Part shown: one piece after another, positions 62,627-64,000 of the stretch
How the letters are laid out: each line of letters begins with the position of its first letter
How positions within the stretch are numbered: the first letter of the stretch is position 1
Origin: Haliotis rufescens
Lineage: Eukaryota
Direction of reading: 5' to 3'
Assembly: GCF_023055435.1 (NCBI RefSeq)
Contig: NW_025963957.1
Span: forward strand, 5,022,001 to 5,086,000
DNA: 64,000 nucleotides
Made by a program: the position numbers and the translations under genes
Notes under the pieces: model-generated
Seen by the model: the letters and a program-made list of their open reading frames with translations, nothing else
Databases searched by the model: none
What the model was told of the DNA's origin: nothing

Positions 62627-64000
62627 TATTTTCAGTAGATCTTGGTGTTAAAGTGCATGTCGCATGGGCATATATATACAACCTTGCACATCTGGATAGA
62701 CCATAACATCGTTAATGCAAATATCAATTCAGAACAGTGGAAAGTGGCACGTAAATAAGGTATATTTGCCTTTTTGTCCAGTCTACCAATTTAAAGTATA
62801 AAAAACGCACAAGCCCACAAGCCCACCCCTCCCTTTGCACTCTAGCAGGCGAACCCTCGACCCTAAATTGAAAGGGAAAAATATCTTACAATGATAAAAT
62901 CATATTCCCATTAAATCAAGGTTACTTCGCACGCCCCTACTAGCCTTATTCATGACATACATGGAATCCATACCAGTATAACTCGTATATATACAACACA
63001 GGTCTCCCAACAACTAATGAAACGATCGCGTATATTCGGTATCCAGGTGGTGGTAGTATCCAATCAGCTTGCAGCCGTAGCTGGCCGTGCCAATTAAGCC
63101 ATGCCTCCTCGTTAGCATTTTTAAGATTCATTTGGGTTGTGACAAATACAAAAAATTAAGCGCAACAGCACTAAGTTTACGTTTTCACACTTTCTTATTC
63201 TACATCATACTGGCTAGAAAAGCCTATTATCATCCCAAACAGGCTCCTACCGCAGAAATGGCTTGTGTGAGATCAATGAAATTGCATCACAATGGTTTGC
63301 AGACCATTGTGACATCACTGGTTACCATGACATCACAAACAAATGACATCACTAATGGCTCTGCTACTGAGGCTGTTAGCAGTACTTTTTACACTTAAGA
63401 CACTGCTTATAACAGTCTTCAAACTGAAAAAGTTGGAAGAATGATGTTGGATGATAAATAAAATCTCACCCTTGTGTCTTTTGCTATCAAATAGATCCAC
63501 ACTCGTTGATATATTTGATATCAAAAGACTCGGGTGAGATTCTCTATTTACTATTTTTCATGATACTTGCACTTTATGTATGGACCTCTATAAGCAAAGC
63601 TTACCAGACCAAAAGAAATCTTACTAGATTCAGGCTTTGGTATCATGGCCAAAGTCACTGACTGTATAAATTTCATAGAATTGCAAGAGTTTTGAAAGAA
63701 ATATGATAGATATTTCAAAGCATGGTCATATCTCATCCCCAACACTTCAAAGGTTTGTAGAGACCATGTTCTTCAATCACCAGTGAATAAATACAGAGTT
63801 GTAACAGTGACATCCTCCTCTATATCGCCAGCCCTCACATTTCAATAAACCTACAATAACATCTGGATCCATTCCCATGGTCCTTGTGATCTAAAGTTAC
63901 CTGCCCTTGATTTTCATTAGTCAGTATGATTTGTTACACTCCTCAGTGTAACGGTCCAATCAGAATGTGTGTTAGAACCCAACTGCAAAGCTGAGTTGGT

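Noticed and set aside
63087-63745. Short ORFs as upstream SH3KBP1 exons (SH3-A)
   Set aside because: No SH3 motif or phase-compatible exon found; the 5' exons are presumably beyond the window.

Overview
Eukaryotic (metazoan) genomic DNA, probably a mollusc or gastropod judging from the SINE architecture (inference only). It holds three intron-rich protein-coding genes that I could splice by hand with consistent GT-AG sites and codon phases: (1) the 3' half of a GPI-anchored ecto-5'-nucleotidase (NT5E/CD73-like, + strand, 5 exons, 1431-16935); (2) a complete 7-exon nucleoporin NUP37 (+ strand, 19367-30489, 320 aa); (3) most of a CIN85/CD2AP-family adaptor (SH3KBP1-like, - strand, 62127-37652) with SH3 domains B and C, proline-rich region, CPI motif and C-terminal coiled coil; its 5' end lies beyond the window. 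Introns are packed with about 12 minisatellite arrays, three families of tRNA-derived SINEs, several MITE families, an RLE-type non-LTR retrotransposon remnant, and a full-length 5.6-kb DIRS1-type tyrosine-recombinase retrotransposon with perfect termini but broken ORFs. Almost all long ORFs in the supplied track are tandem-repeat artefacts. The most unusual signal: four independent minisatellites, spread over all three genes, have a repeat unit made of the exon/intron junction itself, and the extra splice-site copies are mostly weaker than the functional one. Also notable are a candidate 9-nt UGC-type microexon next to the CPI motif, and the pristine-ended but coding-dead DIRS element.
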